A stretch of 64,000 nucleotides of DNA from Neophaeotheca triangularis (taxonomy: Eukaryota): assembly GCA_054600435.1 (NCBI GenBank), contig BAAIJX010000031.1, positions 186,001 through 250,000 on the forward strand, given 5' to 3'. Each line of letters starts with the position of its first letter. Within the stretch, counting starts at the first letter, position 1. Shown here one piece after another: positions 26,006 to 38,619 of the stretch. The notes under the pieces are model-generated. The model was not told the origin of the DNA. It worked only from the letters and a program-made list of their open reading frames with translations, and did no database searches. Position numbers and translations under genes: made by a program.

Positions 26006-27685
26006 GTGCATACACCTAGACTATATCTTCGCGAAACCCACACCGATTTGAGCGTAGTTAGAGGCTGCACAGTATTGCAGCCGACTCCACCAACACCGCC
26101 GACCTCACATCCCACAGGTGGCGCTCGAGAGGAACACCAAGGCACTGCCGCGACCCCCACGCAAGCCTCCAAGGGAGCGTCAGCTCCACGCTGTAGCACA
26201 GTTACAGACATGTACGACTCCCACCCTTCAATCCATGTGTGGCTCGACACTTTGGCTGCACAAAAGGCTTTCGATACCGCCAACTCGAGACTGGAGAGAC
26301 CCCAAGAACGGCAGAAGACCAACAGGCGCAAAAGACAACCGGAGGACGAAAGTACTATACACCCCGAACCCCCGCGCAAGATACTCCGTCGCAAATCTCC
26401 ACGTAGCACACTTGCACCACTGAATCCGAACACCATGTCGGGCTCGCGCCAGACACGCTCGAGCGCAAAGAAGACTAGGGGCGAGGAGGGTCACATACAC
26501 ATACCAGACGAGTCGGAGCTGGAGACACCAAGGCCATCGTCGTCGCGCGCTGGGAAGGGCAACGAGGTGGGAATGGGTGATAGCGTTCTGGATTCCCGGC
26601 AGCGCCCGGTGTTTGCTCTACCTCGACAAGAACGGCCTGCGTCACCTGGGTCTCCTGCTCGATCTCCGGCCCGCTCAAACAGCGCAACGTCCGTATCGGA
26701 TGCTTCCTCGCAGCGCTCGAGAAGCCCCGCTAAGCATGCCGCGGATCTGCGGTACGCAGAAATTCCGATACTGTACACCTCCTTGAAAGGTTTAGAGTGG
26801 CCCGCCGACGTACTTGCCGTTGCTCAGAGGGTTCGGAACCTGGCTCACGTACCGCACATACCCGCATCAGTAACAGAACGAATAGAGGAGTCGCGTCCTT
26901 GGCCGGTAGAGGCACCTAATATCAAGCATGGCACAACTGACACTCTTCGAGAGCGACTGGAATGCGAGAGGATAATAGACATCGTCGACTCCGCTTTAGA
27001 CTGCGACGACAAGGAAGTGACCGAGGCCGCCTGGAATTGCGACGTCCATTCTCGGATTCTACGACTGGCGCTGCGGAGCGTTAAGGGCGTCACCCATTTC
27101 AACGTCACGGCGGCTAAACCGCATCAGGCCTTTGCCTCCCGCGAACAACTCACCGGCGACATCATGTCCTCCAAACTCGTCGACTTCACTATCAACCTTG
27201 TCCCGCCTACCGAAGCTCTCGAAGAAGCCATCCATAGAACTATCTTCGAGCAATCACCCAGCATCCGAACCACGAACCAAACAATGTACTCACCCGTCCG
27301 CGCCCACCCCGCCGCTATCTCTATCGAGACGAAGACCTCGCTCAAAGCCGACCAGCAAAAGGCTCGCGTGCAGCTCGGGATGTGGACCGCGGCGCATTAC
27401 TGTCGGCTGAGGACCCTGATTCCTCTATCGACATCGAGAAAGCCCGAAGAAATACAGATGCCTCTTCATCCGCTTATCTACGTCGCGGGGCACAGCTGGA
27501 AGCTGATGTTTGGGCGATACCTCAACGAGAGCGAGAGGGTACAGGTACTCAACCCGAATTTAGAGATTGGGTTGACGGACTCGGTTGAGAATGCTTATCA
27601 GCTTGTTGCTGGGCTGAGGGCGTTGGCGGAGTGGGCGGAGGAGGAGGTCTGGGATTGGTGGCAGAGGGTCGTGTTGGCGGTGTAG
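26006..27685 (+). CDS. Fungal PD-(D/E)XK nuclease-like protein, intact; real start probably ATG 26210
   Basis: 559-aa uninterrupted ORF. Ser/Pro/Arg-rich N-terminus, then EAAWNCDVHSRILRLAL, SKLVDFTI, NQTMYSPVRAHPAAISIETK and ARVQLGMWTAAH. Confidence 0.85.
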   Translation: MHTPRLYLRETHTDLSVVRGCTVLQPTPPTPPTSHPTGGAREEHQGTAATPTQASKGASAPRCSTVTDMYDSHPSIHVWLDTLAAQKAFDTANSRLERPQERQKTNRRKRQPEDESTIHPEPPRKILRRKSPRSTLAPLNPNTMSGSRQTRSSAKKTRGEEGHIHIPDESELETPRPSSSRAGKGNEVGMGDSVLDSRQRPVFALPRQERPASPGSPARSPARSNSATSVSDASSQRSRSPAKHAADLRYAEIPILYTSLKGLEWPADVLAVAQRVRNLAHVPHIPASVTERIEESRPWPVEAPNIKHGTTDTLRERLECERIIDIVDSALDCDDKEVTEAAWNCDVHSRILRLALRSVKGVTHFNVTAAKPHQAFASREQLTGDIMSSKLVDFTINLVPPTEALEEAIHRTIFEQSPSIRTTNQTMYSPVRAHPAAISIETKTSLKADQQKARVQLGMWTAAHYCRLRTLIPLSTSRKPEEIQMPLHPLIYVAGHSWKLMFGRYLNESERVQVLNPNLEIGLTDSVENAYQLVAGLRALAEWAEEEVWDWWQRVVLAV

Positions 27686-28497
27686 GTCTGGGATTGGAAT
27701 GAAGTTGGGATGGGATACAATACATATCTCGGACCTGGTTTCCCTTTCGATTTGTGTTGAGCCCGCGTCGTACGTACTTGTTGAACATGACGCCCCCTCG
27801 CAGATGCTCCATGTAGCGCAGCAGTCCACGAGGCCGACCACTTTCGTACACATCCCCGCTCCGACTCTCTCTCGCTGGGGAACTCGACATTACCTCGCTA
27901 GAGAGCCGAGCTTCTCGCCAAGGTACCGTCGTTCCACGCTCGCCGTGTTTCTTCCCTCGTCTCTCGTGAAATCAGCACTCCCTCGGCCCCGACCCTTTTT
28001 CGCCGGGGGTTCTCAGTACCTTGCGTCCGCGAGCGACTTTTGCTACAACATTGAAGCCATCGTTCAAGTCCTCGTGCTATTTTCCGACATTTGGAAAACC
28101 CCAACGTTACTCACTGTTAATTCTATCCATAATACCTATTAATGTTTAATCCTCTCTAACCCCTATCTCTAATCCCCTATGTAATGTCATACCTAATACT
28201 ATTCTCTCCTTTTATTACATCAAAATCCCCAAAAACATGTCTATATAATCTATAGTTTTCTATAACCTCTATATCTCTTCTCTCCTACATTCTCTACTAC
28301 CTATATCCTCCTTACTTCCCTTCTCTCTATCTCTTCTTCCTCTCCATACTCTATACCCTACTTTAAGCTAGCCTCTGCCTTCCTCCTCGTTTGTAAACAC
28401 CTGAGCTATACTAAACTCGAGCGAGCTACCTCTACTTCTAAGCTTGCTGTGTTTCCGTTTGTATTCCTGACTGCTCTCCGACTATCTACCCTCTACC

Positions 28498-31400
28498 CTA
28501 CCCGAACCGCCAGATCAACTCATATAGCATGTTGCTTTCCACTCCGCCCCAACCCACTATCCGTTTGAAAAACCCCCCTAGTGCCTTGTGCCCAACTTCC
28601 TTTGCCTCCTTCACAAATTCCTCGTCCTCCCCCACCCATTCCTGCGCCTCTTTTGCCTTTGAACCTACGTAAAGTACCGCTATCGCCACTTCCCTTACCA
28701 AACTGCTCCAACGACAGCGCTGTCTCCTTACTGATTCTTCTTCACAACGCTGCCAGCCTACTCAGCACCTCCCTCGCTCGTTTCTCGGCTCGTCCATTGC
28801 TCTCATTTGTTTGTTTCCCTGCTTCATCATTTCAGTCAGAGGGTTGTCTCTGACACAATTTTCCGAAAAGTGACTTCGTCTTTCCACTCCTGCGGCCGCC
28901 TTCCAAATCAAGCACACGTTTTCCATCCGCGTAGCTTGCTCCTCCCTTGCTGACAGTACTCCGCGTTATGCCCCTAATCGACACTTGCTTCTTCCGTAGA
29001 CCTGACAAAGCAGAATGCACAGCCGCCTGCCACCTCGTCAAGTGTCTCTTCTACACTCTAACGCTCTACTGCTGCTCGCGCGTAGCATCTCTCTATCGAT
29101 GTCAGCCCTTCGCCGCACCTGTCCCTAGCGCCGATGTCGCTACAATCAGACCGCCTCGCTCTAACCACGCCTGCAGTCTCTCTTCGTTATCCGCAGCTCC
29201 GGCGTGATAGTAAGCGCACCTCAACTCCCTCGCTAGTCGCTCGCACTGATCCCTACTACGGCTGTACACCACGCCTTTTTGCAGACCCAGATGCTTCTTC
29301 ATTCGCTCGCATAGTTGTAGCGCCTTCTCCTCTAGCTTTCCGCGTTCGCATGTCTCTACCATATACCTCGTCTTGATCCGCGTCGTGACCGCCCTAATGT
29401 ACCTCGCTATCTGTGCCGCCATACTCGTCTCTAACTCGAACTCTAAGAGTACCGGTAGCGTTGCGGTAAGCATGGTTGTCGGTACCCTCAGTCCGCGTAC
29501 TGCTCGGACTTCCGCGAGCTTCGGCCTCCAGTCGCTCGCGGTGAATGTCAGATGACTCTCGTCCACGAAGACCCTTCTGAGAATGCCTTTAGCGCTGAGT
29601 AGCTGCGCGTAGCTAAGAAACTGACTCCATGCGGCGAAGTCCGCGCTAACGAAGACTAGCGCGGCCGGGTTCTGCTCTCCGGGCCTGTACTCGATACAGT
29701 CGATCCTCGCCTTCTTAGCAGTTGCTACTAGATTGTCCAAGAGTGCTCGGTACGGCACGACGACAATCGTCACGCCCGGGTCGTCCAGACAAGCCGGCGC
29801 CATGAATAGCAAGCTCCTTCCCCACCGGTCGGTAGTACTACTACTAGCGGAGTCGCCTGCTCGTTCGAAACGATCGTACGTAGCGCCTCTCCCTGTTCTT
29901 CCGACCGGAACGAGATGTCATCGCGGCGTAGCGCCTTCCTCATCGGCTTCTTCAGACCCTCTTCGCTTACTGCCGGGTTCGTGAATCTCCTCTAACCGAT
30001 TGTCGGTAGTGCCGTCGACCTGTCGTAGAGCGGCGACTGCTCGAGATGCGCGGCCGTGCCCGGGGTCACAGCGATCCCTGTCCCGGCGACGACCTGCGGC
30101 GTGATCTGCTGCGTATACTGTCGCGCGTATCGATCTCCTTGCTCTCCTTGCTGTTGTAGCGGCGTAGTCGTCGTCTGCTTGTTACTGTCGCCCCCTCTCC
30201 TACCCGAGTCGTTCTCGTTTTCGTCTCGCTCGCCTCCCCCGAACCACCAGCTTCCGTTCGATCCTCCGACTTCTGCGCCTTGCTCACGATCCTGTGCTCT
30301 AAACCTATCGATTGCCGGACCCCATCCCCTAACGCCATTGTTCACCATCATCGCTGTCCTCCTCCCGTCGGCGTCTTTTAGTAGCTGCGTGTAGAAGCTA
30401 CCCCTGCTACTACTTGACTGCGGCCCTCGCTTTTGTCCCTTCTTACCATAGCTCGCCAGCCCTAAGAATTCGTGCCACTTCTGACAGAGCGGCCTGAAAT
30501 TGTCGATCGACCGGCTGCTCAGATGTTTGATCACGTCTAGCGAGACGCCGTATCGGTTAGCCCCTATCTCACCACCTCTGCCTGCCGAGACCTCGAGCGG
30601 GTCGTCCTCTTCCACTTCCGCCTCCTCGACTTCGGTCGTCTCCTCGATGTACCCTCGCGAGAACTGCTCTCCGACCTTCTCACGCCCTAAGCTGACTGCC
30701 ACGTGTCGGTAATCCAGCGTCGTTAACCTTGTACCTAGTCGCTTGCTCGACTCTCGGTTGATGACCTTCGTTAAACGATCCGTCCCCCACGGGCCGTACT
30801 CGTTTGCCCAGATGTGATCGGATCGACCTGAGCCCTTTACCTTCACCGTCAGATACTGCTGAAACGGCTGAACGTAAGCCAGATAAATCGCTAGTAGCTG
30901 CCCTACCCTCCACGGCAGAAACCTCGGGATCACCTTCGGCTTGTCGAATTGCGACTGAGACTTGTGATAGCGGGTGACGACTACCATATGCCCCTGTATC
31001 GCGAAGACGTTCCTGTCCTGCTGAAAGCCGTTCCTGAACCGAATCGACGTGATCTTCGTCTCTCGCGCCGGCTACCCGCCCGTCACGTGAACGCAGAAGA
31101 GAAGCAGCTCCCTGAATCGATCGACCTGTCGTAAGTACTTGCGCACTTCTAGCCCCGACCACTCGCCTTGCTTACGCAACCTTTTACCTCTGACGTCTGC
31201 TAGCGCGCGCTTTATCATCCATTCGCGCTTGTCTTGTAGTCCGTTGTTAGCATTGTCCACGAACGACACCCCTCGCTTCGTCCAAGTGACATCGTCCTGA
31301 AGCTTGTCGAGCGGGACTTCGAACTGCTCTTCCTGCATCGCCCACATCAGATCTTTCCAAAGCCTACCCTCTGCCTCTTCGACCACGCCTCTGACCATAC

Positions 31401-33237
31401 ACCCAAAGCGAGCTACGTCGATCGGCCTGCCCTTGTACGACATCTCTGTTCGATCTAGCGACCAAGATATCGATCCGGCGTTGCTGTGATTCATCGCGAT
31501 GCTCTTGCCATAAGCTAAGATGCTGAGAGCTTTGCTCATCACGCTATACGCGCCATCGGCTAAGAAGTCGTCCCTCGATCGCTTAAAGCGCTCGTCGTCC
31601 ACATCGCCCTGATCTTCCCTTTCCTCCGACGGTAGTATCACTTCGACGGCAATCACTCGCACACAGTAGACGATACCGGCTAGCATGTAAGAAAAGTCGT
31701 TCGCCTGCCGGAGTCGTCTTGTCTCCTCGTCGATGCCGAGAACGGCGAGAAAGTGTAAGATTGCACTCTTGAACGTGTTCCCCCTTACATGCTGAAAGAT
31801 GAGCGACTCGTAGAAATCTAGTAGAGCCTTGAGCTGAAACTTCTTGTCCTCGCGAACCCGCCTTAGCAAGTCCTTTTGCCTGCTCTGCCACGGGTATAGC
31901 CTGCGGGCATCTTTGAAGACGTCGACGACGGGCTGTATATCGGAATCGCTGCTGCTGTCGCTATCGCCTTCGCTGCTTTCGTCGTGCTCGCTGTCGTGCT
32001 CACTATCGTCTTCTATATCGCTCTCTGAGCCTCAGCCTTCGCTCGGCTGATGATCTACCGTCCCTTCTAGCCTCTCCCTATCTTCGCAGCTCTGAAGCAC
32101 TCTCAGACTGTAACAGAGCAGTCGTGCCATGTAGACGGCGTACTTCTGTTGACTCTCCACATTCTGCAGCCTCGCTAGCGGACGCTGATCGATCTCCGAG
32201 TGCTTCGCACTTCTAAGCCAGCGTCGGGTTTCGTTATCGAGAGACGAGAGACCTGCGACGCACTTCTCGATCAGTGCGCCGTTCAGCTTTACCGCCTCAT
32301 GAAGCGTCTGTTCGTCGCGGTCCGGCAACCGACTCGCCTGACTCAGATGCTTCAAAGTGCAGCCCGCAACATGTTCGGGCCAGCCGGTCTTCTTGAACCA
32401 CAGAGTATGATCGGTCTTTGCAGTCTCATTGTCGGCTACTTCCAGCGCTTCGTTCAACTTCTCGTCTTGCTCCTTCCAGTCTATAGCGATCGCTGCCACT
32501 TCAGTGTTGTCTAACGTTCCCGTAGTCTCAATGACGTCTATAGTAGACCTTGTCGGCAGCGTGATCCCTACGTTTTCTCCCTGATTGTCGACGTTCTCTT
32601 CCTCGTTCTACAAGACGGTGAAATACCGCTGTAGACCTGCCGATTTAAAGAATGTTTGTACCCATACAGAGTGCCAATGTTCTCGTTCTTCGGCAGAAGA
32701 CCTCCAGCTTTGCTGCTTGTTACAGTGTATCCTAACGTTGTTCCTGTTGATGCTTGTATACGCGCACTCCGGTTCGTTACAGATGTATGCGTTCGACGGC
32801 TTCCCTAGCAATACAAACGGCTCTTTCATCGGCGACGGTAGTATGACTTCCTTCGGGTCTCGAGTCTGATATCTCTTAAACAGCTGTACGACAGCATTCT
32901 TCTCCTTTGTATTACCCGGGTGTTAATCACGTAAGTGATAGCGCAGATTCTTGATCGCGTAGTGGTGCGACCGACATATCAACACACTATAGCTCTCGTG
33001 CCATTCGAGCCATTCGCGCGCGTTATCTACCGTTATCCTTTGTCTTCCCGGTGTCTGCTGCTGATCATCTGCATCACTATGATCTTGCGGGACAAACATC
33101 TTTCGTGAGATGTTCGAAGCGACGGCTACGACTTTAGCCGCACATTCGGTGTCTACTGAAGCGGGCGTAGCCACTGCCTCCACTAAGCCGGGCGTGTTAA
33201 TTGTTAACAGTATATCTAGCAAGTGAATTGACCCCAA
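28498..33237 (-). mobile_element. RIP-inactivated DUF3505 + tyrosine-recombinase-like + RecQ (SF2) helicase gene
   Basis: Five ORF-track segments (33237 to 29992) share one frame separated by stops. They carry a DUF3505 Zn motif (VLICRSHHYAI; WVQTFF), TGG*PAR, TRYHK, LDYRH and NRY. After a frameshift near Walker A come VVVPYRALL, FVDESH, LTATLP, YYHAG and VATSALGTG, then a CxxC-containing tail. Confidence 0.85.
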
Positions 33238-33327
33238 AATATTACCTAGATGATATAAAAGCGTAAGAAGATGCTATACGAATTGATCTTACATCGCGAC
33301 GACGCGTAGAACGCGCGGGCAGACGGG

Positions 33328-33428
33328 TCGAGTCCAGCTGGTCGAGTCCAGTCGGATTGAAGCCGTGCGCAGCCGCGCTTTACTCAATACAGTAAGCGCC
33401 AAGCTCGAGTCCAGCTGAACTCGAGTCC
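33328..33428. repeat. Four direct copies of TCGAGTCC(AG)
   Basis: Copies at 33328, 33342, 33405 and 33421, just upstream of the helicase-element ORF. Confidence 0.8.
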
Positions 33429-33437
33429 TCATATTGG

Positions 33438-33782
33438 TTAGGATCCTACTCCTTTCGGGTCGTATAGTATACATGTTGAGAACTCGTTCGCAACAGCTTG
33501 CCGCTGCTTCTTTGTTCTAGAGTGTAAGTCGCGAAGATGTGTAGCGACATTCCGTATCGCATATTGATGTGCACTGCAAACAATGACACCATGTTCCAGA
33601 AGCCAATGAAGAAATTCTTTTGCGTTCTCTGTTGTAATTCTCTGGCCTGGTTGTTCAACAGCACCATTATTACTGTTAGTACGGGCGTTAAGCGATATTT
33701 GAGGTCCGCCTGGCGGAAAGCGGGGCGCTGAAGCCATTCTGACCAGCGCCTTGAGTCTTGTATGCAGCGTGCAACGATCCAC
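33438..33782 (-). pseudogene. Second DUF3505 N-terminal fragment
   Basis: QRITTENAKEFLHWLLEHGVIVCSAHQYAIRNVATHLRDLH is clearly homologous to QRITVDNAREWLEWHESYSVLICRSHHYAIKNLRYHLRD at 32923-33237. Confidence 0.8.
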
Positions 33783-34094
33783 AAAACGACTTAGAAGTGC
33801 TTCGACTGTAACAGAGTATGATCAGAAGTTGCTAGTTCAAGTATTTGAGCAAGTCTAGCGCATTCTTGTTGAAGTTGCGTATCATATGCACGATATGGGA
33901 GCTACTATTTGGGGGCTACTTGATATGCACCGTGCGCGACGCCCACCTTTCCTCTTTCGGGGTGGGGTCAACTTGCCCCCTCCGTGTCCTATTGGCAAGG
34001 AGCAAGTGTTCATCGCCTTGCCAACACATCGATGGCGATCTTGAATCAGGGGTCCGAAGCAATAGCGTTCCGAAGCAACATCTCGCCGCGATCC

Positions 34095-37000
34095 TCAATC
34101 AGCCTTCCCCTTCGCCCTCCCATCCGAAAACACCGAACTCTCATGCGACAAACGCTTCTCCCCCTCCTCACCCTCAACAACATGATACGAGAAGTCCAGC
34201 TCACCAACCAAATCCTTAACGCCAGCCAACACACCCTTTAATTCATCAATGATACACTTGGTCCCGATCTGCAAAACCGCAAAACACGCATACCCAGGCT
34301 CAGCAATGTGTCGCACGCTCAGGATATCGCGATCCATCTCTTCCAGCCGTTTCGAGAGGAGATAGGGTTCCGGGATGCGGAGGTGTGGCGGCAGGGGCTG
34401 GCCGTTCTTGATGGCGCTGGAGAGCAGGATCAGCAGCGTCGTGACGGATTGCGAAGTGACATTTGCTTCGCCGATGAGGCGGCGGAAATCGCTCAGCCAG
34501 GCCGATTGCGAATCGGAGTCTTTACCGCGTTGCTGTAGGGCGGTGAAGTCTTTTGAGGCGTAGCTGACCAGCGACATGAAGTTGTGAATGTTTTGCAAAT
34601 GGTCTATGATCTTTTCATACTGCTGGCGTGGAAAGGCGCCGCCGATGGGGAGGTCGTACTTGACGAAGCTGATCTGTGCGCGCAGACCTTGGATCACGAG
34701 GTTGCTCTTAGCGAAGAGGGAGTTGCGGGACTTTTCTAGCTTGCGACCGGGGCTATCTTTGACGCTTGTGTCGCCTTCGACGCCGCGGATGCGGGTGCGG
34801 GTTGTTTCGTGCATGACGCTGTAGGAGTTGGCTAGGAGGTAGAGGGAGGATCCTAGGCTTTGTCTACATTGCGAATGTTCAGAGATGGGGTAGGGGAAGA
34901 CTGTCCAGAAGAATGCGAGCAACAGGCCGGCGCATACTGTGGCGAGGCGAATGGGCGCTAGTATGTAGACGGGATAGTAGGCCTGACCGTTTGACACTGC
35001 GACTTCGATTCCTAGCTGGTTCACTTGCAATTCGTAGCCGATGACAACTACGACTGTGATTTGCCCGACTATACCAATTGGTGTCCATTGAGGGTACCTG
35101 AGAATGATGTACGATCCAGCATGCAAGAAGACGAAGGTGAAGATGAGCACCCCAGCAGGATTGCCATCTACGATGTAATAGGCGACAAAGCAAAGTATAA
35201 CTGCGACAAGAGTGCCACAGACACGGAGTAGGAAATTCCGGAGGGACTGTCCGGCAGAAGGGCTCATGGATATGGCAATCATCTGCGAAAAGTCAGCTTT
35301 ATGCATCGTCAAGAGGCGAAAGCTGGGAAACCTACGATCTGCGACCAGAAAAGTCTCTGCCGCGTATAGAATACCTGCGTATCACTAAGTAGCGAGGCGA
35401 TGGCAATAGACATGACAGCCGCAGCCGAGCGGAAGCCGAACGCAGAAGCCGGTGACTCGAGAATATGAGCGATGCCTTTCAACCTATTACCGAAACGCTC
35501 CCACGCGTTCTTTGCTGGGAGATGCTCGGGGTTCTTGCGTTCTTTGTAAGCTGCACCTAGGCGGACAGTAGGCCTGCTGCCTTCGGTACCAATCTCCTCG
35601 TTGTTGGGAGGGTCTTCGTCTGTCACGAAAGTTCCGCGAACCCATTTCCGCAGGCGCTTCAACCCAGGAACGATGACGCGGTTCCGGTCCATCTCGCCCG
35701 ATGTCTTCAATTCTTCCGCATACACGACGAGATCGTATACTGCACGAGATATGGAGAAGAACAGGAACTCCATGTACAGAAGAATGTAGAGCTGTCGTCT
35801 GTAGCGCTGCCGCGTTTCCGAACCCACGTCCTCATTCATCCAGGCTGGCGCTGTAAAGTTGGTCGTGTTCGGGTGTTCGAAGAAACCGAGTGGTATTCCA
35901 ATATCGTGCAGACGGCACCACTCGGTAAGCAACTCGCGCCTGTTATGGTGAAATGCGTCAGTTTCCCGTTGAAGATATGGAGAAAAGCCTTCGTCACCTG
36001 GCCGCGGCAGATCCCCTTTGGTCTCAAGATCGTTGCTCCTGTGCTTACGCTTGCGCTTAGAGGGAAGCTCGAGACTACTTAGAGCGTGATCAAGCCCTTG
36101 GTCGATGATGCCGGAGATGTGTCTAAATGGCTGTCTAACGATCCTCATCAAATCGTGCCATTCATCCACAGCTTTGGCTCTTGCATATTGCTCCGGATCA
36201 TCCAAGTCCTCGAAAGTGATGTTCCGATCTGGAGCATTGTAGTACCAACCTCTTTCCACAGAAGTTCGCTGAAAGATGTCTGAGACACAGCTAAGCCCAA
36301 TCATAGGTACCATGATCAACCGAAGAAGCTTGTAGTTGTTCTCGATACTATCCGGAGACACTTTTCCCAAGAAGGCGACCTCTTGCTTCGCAAAAGTGCG
36401 GTCCATGTCCAGCTGTGAGTGGATAGAGGATAGCGCAGCGACCTTCCCCTTGATAGTCTGAGCTTCCGGGCTGCGTTCGGGCTTCTTGCCAGATGTATTA
36501 GTCCGCTGACTAGCAAACATATCGATCTCCTCGAGCGAGTGCAGGTACGTCATGTTCGCTGCCAGAGTCTCCCGCAAGGCCGAGACATATTCGCTCATCT
36601 CCTCGAAAACGATAGTCCGCGAAGTCCACGGGAAGATGAACAAACTAACACCAGTAGCGATGCCGAAACCAGAAAGGTAAGCCAGAAGGAGCCTGCGTAC
36701 AAAGTTCTCGGCAATCTCTATGGTGGGGAACTGCGGCGCATAGATCATGGACACGTTAATGACAATCGAGGCATGGACGCCAGGTATCGTAAATTGGGGC
36801 ATCTTGGCACGGATAGTCGAAATCATCCAGACCAGAAAGAAGAGCCAGACGCCAGCTACAGCGGAAGCTGAAGAGTTATAAAGGGTGGTTGGTGCATTTG
36901 CGGAAGCCAGACCACTTGTTTCCGGCCCGCCAAATTCAGAGGTCTGTTCTGAAGTGTGTCGGCGCGCTTTGACTGCGCAGTACATGGCTAAGAGCGAGGA

Positions 37001-37360
37001 TGCCGAGGCGAGGAAGAGGAAGATGAGATTGTAGAGCATCGTTTGCAAGAACTTTGCTCTCGGCTGGTCTGGGATTGCTAGGATCGATCCGACAGCGACC
37101 AAGTACCCAATAGTGGTAAAGAAGCTAGCGTATGCGTTTGCTTGGAAAGCGGCGATTGCTATTGTCGGAGCCAGGGCCCCTTTGAACATGTTTTGATAGG
37201 TCCTTAGGTCTATGCCTGTTTTGGCCCAGAGGTCGGACGCTTTTGAAAGCCATTTTCTCATTCTTGACGATTTCGGCGGAGCAGCGTCATTCGGGGAGTT
37301 GCCATTCAGGTCATTCCCGGTGGGTGTCTTCGATGTGTTCGCTTCCGTGGGCGGAGACAT
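34095..37360 (-). CDS. ArAE/FUSC-family (Bre4-like, 'ER transporter 6TM') membrane transporter, about 1070 aa
   Basis: Two long ORFs join in phase through intron 35335-35283 (GTAGGT...CTGAC...CAG). Motifs MFKGALAPTIAIA, QPRAKFLQ, KNPEHLPAKNAWERFG, SAFGFRSAAAVMSIAI and LRVCGT. No stops. Confidence 0.85.
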
Positions 37361-37899
37361 GGTCGGATGACTCCCGTCTCCTGTCGTGTGGACGTCCAAA
37401 GCTCAGGTCCGGGGATGGTTCGTATTCCAGAGGATGAGGAAAGATTTTTAAGACGATTCTCAGGTGGCATGCCGTAGAATGCTAACCATGAACTCATAGG
37501 TGATGTGGGCAATACATGTTGGATACCGCTGCGGGGGAAGTCATACCCGTCCTTGTCCCGCGGAATGCAATGTGCGTCGTCACTGGCCCCCGCCTGTTAA
37601 CGCTAGCTAGCGTACGCTTTTCGCCAACCGTTCGCTGACCTCTAGTTCTTCATCAGCCGCTAACTCTCTTCAGCTACTGATGCTCGCCGACTTCTAACCT
37701 TTACCAACCGCGTGGGTCGTTTGAAGGAGCGGTTGAAATCGAGATTGTAAGCTTGATACAGCGAGGATTCTGGCTTCCGCACCGGATGCTGAAAGCTGGC
37801 GGCTCAAGGATCGAAAAGATAACCAAGTATACTCAGGCATATCCTCGAAGAAGTCGTGGGGAGGTGCAATTGACCCCTTTATCCTAGCAAAATACATAC

Positions 37900-38610
37900 C
37901 GCCGAAGAGACACCGGAGGTGCTCACGTTGTATCCCAGATATTCCACTCTTGTGGTGAAGGTGCACTTCTTCAAGTTTGAATACAGCGCAAACTTTCTCA
38001 GCCACTCGGATACTTCTCGCAGGTGAGTCACATGCTCCTCTCTACTCTCGCTGTAGATCAGGGTGTCGTCTAAATAGACGACACAATATGTATCAATCAA
38101 CCCAGCCATGGTGCGATTGATGTAGTTTTGGAAGGTGGAGTTATGCCGTGAGTGGTAAGCTTGACTCTCGTGCAGTCGGCGAGTCGCATGCGCACCTTGT
38201 ACGCAGCGAAGCACGTACTTTTGGTGCCTTGAAGCGCTCTCAAAAAAGGCAAAGACACGTTCAGCTTTTTGAGACGGTAACGGGCTGCAAAGGCTTACGA
38301 GATGATGTTCACCTCCGAGCCATCGTCGAGAATGAAGTCTGCCGCAGCTGGCTCCGCCGTTGACATGACGGTGCCTCGCATGCGCTTCGACGGCCATGTC
38401 TCGACACCTTGCAACCGAGACTCCTGCCGTACTCTCCGGATGTCGGTGAGTTAGGCTGAATCCTTGCCCTTGTCTTTGTCACTGTCTTTCTCCTTCTAGT
38501 CCCTTTTCTTCTCGGCGGCCACTTTCCAAGTTTACGACGAGCCCTTGGGGTATTTGCTGGCATATTGACCTTTCTTGTCACAGGTCCAGCACACGACGTC
38601 TCCGAAGGGC
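37900..38610 (-). mobile_element. Ty3/Gypsy gag zinc-knuckle and RT fragment
   Basis: STFQNYINRTMAGLIDTYCVVYLDDTLIYS...LKKCTF...VEYLGY (YLDD motif). Upstream is a VVCWTCDKKGQYA knuckle relic. Confidence 0.85.
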
Positions 38611-38619
38611 TTCCTGTCG

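Noticed and set aside
29992..31869. Starship captain (DUF3435)
   Set aside because: The recombinase-like motifs lie inside a DUF3505-RecQ fusion and I do not recognise DUF3435 features.
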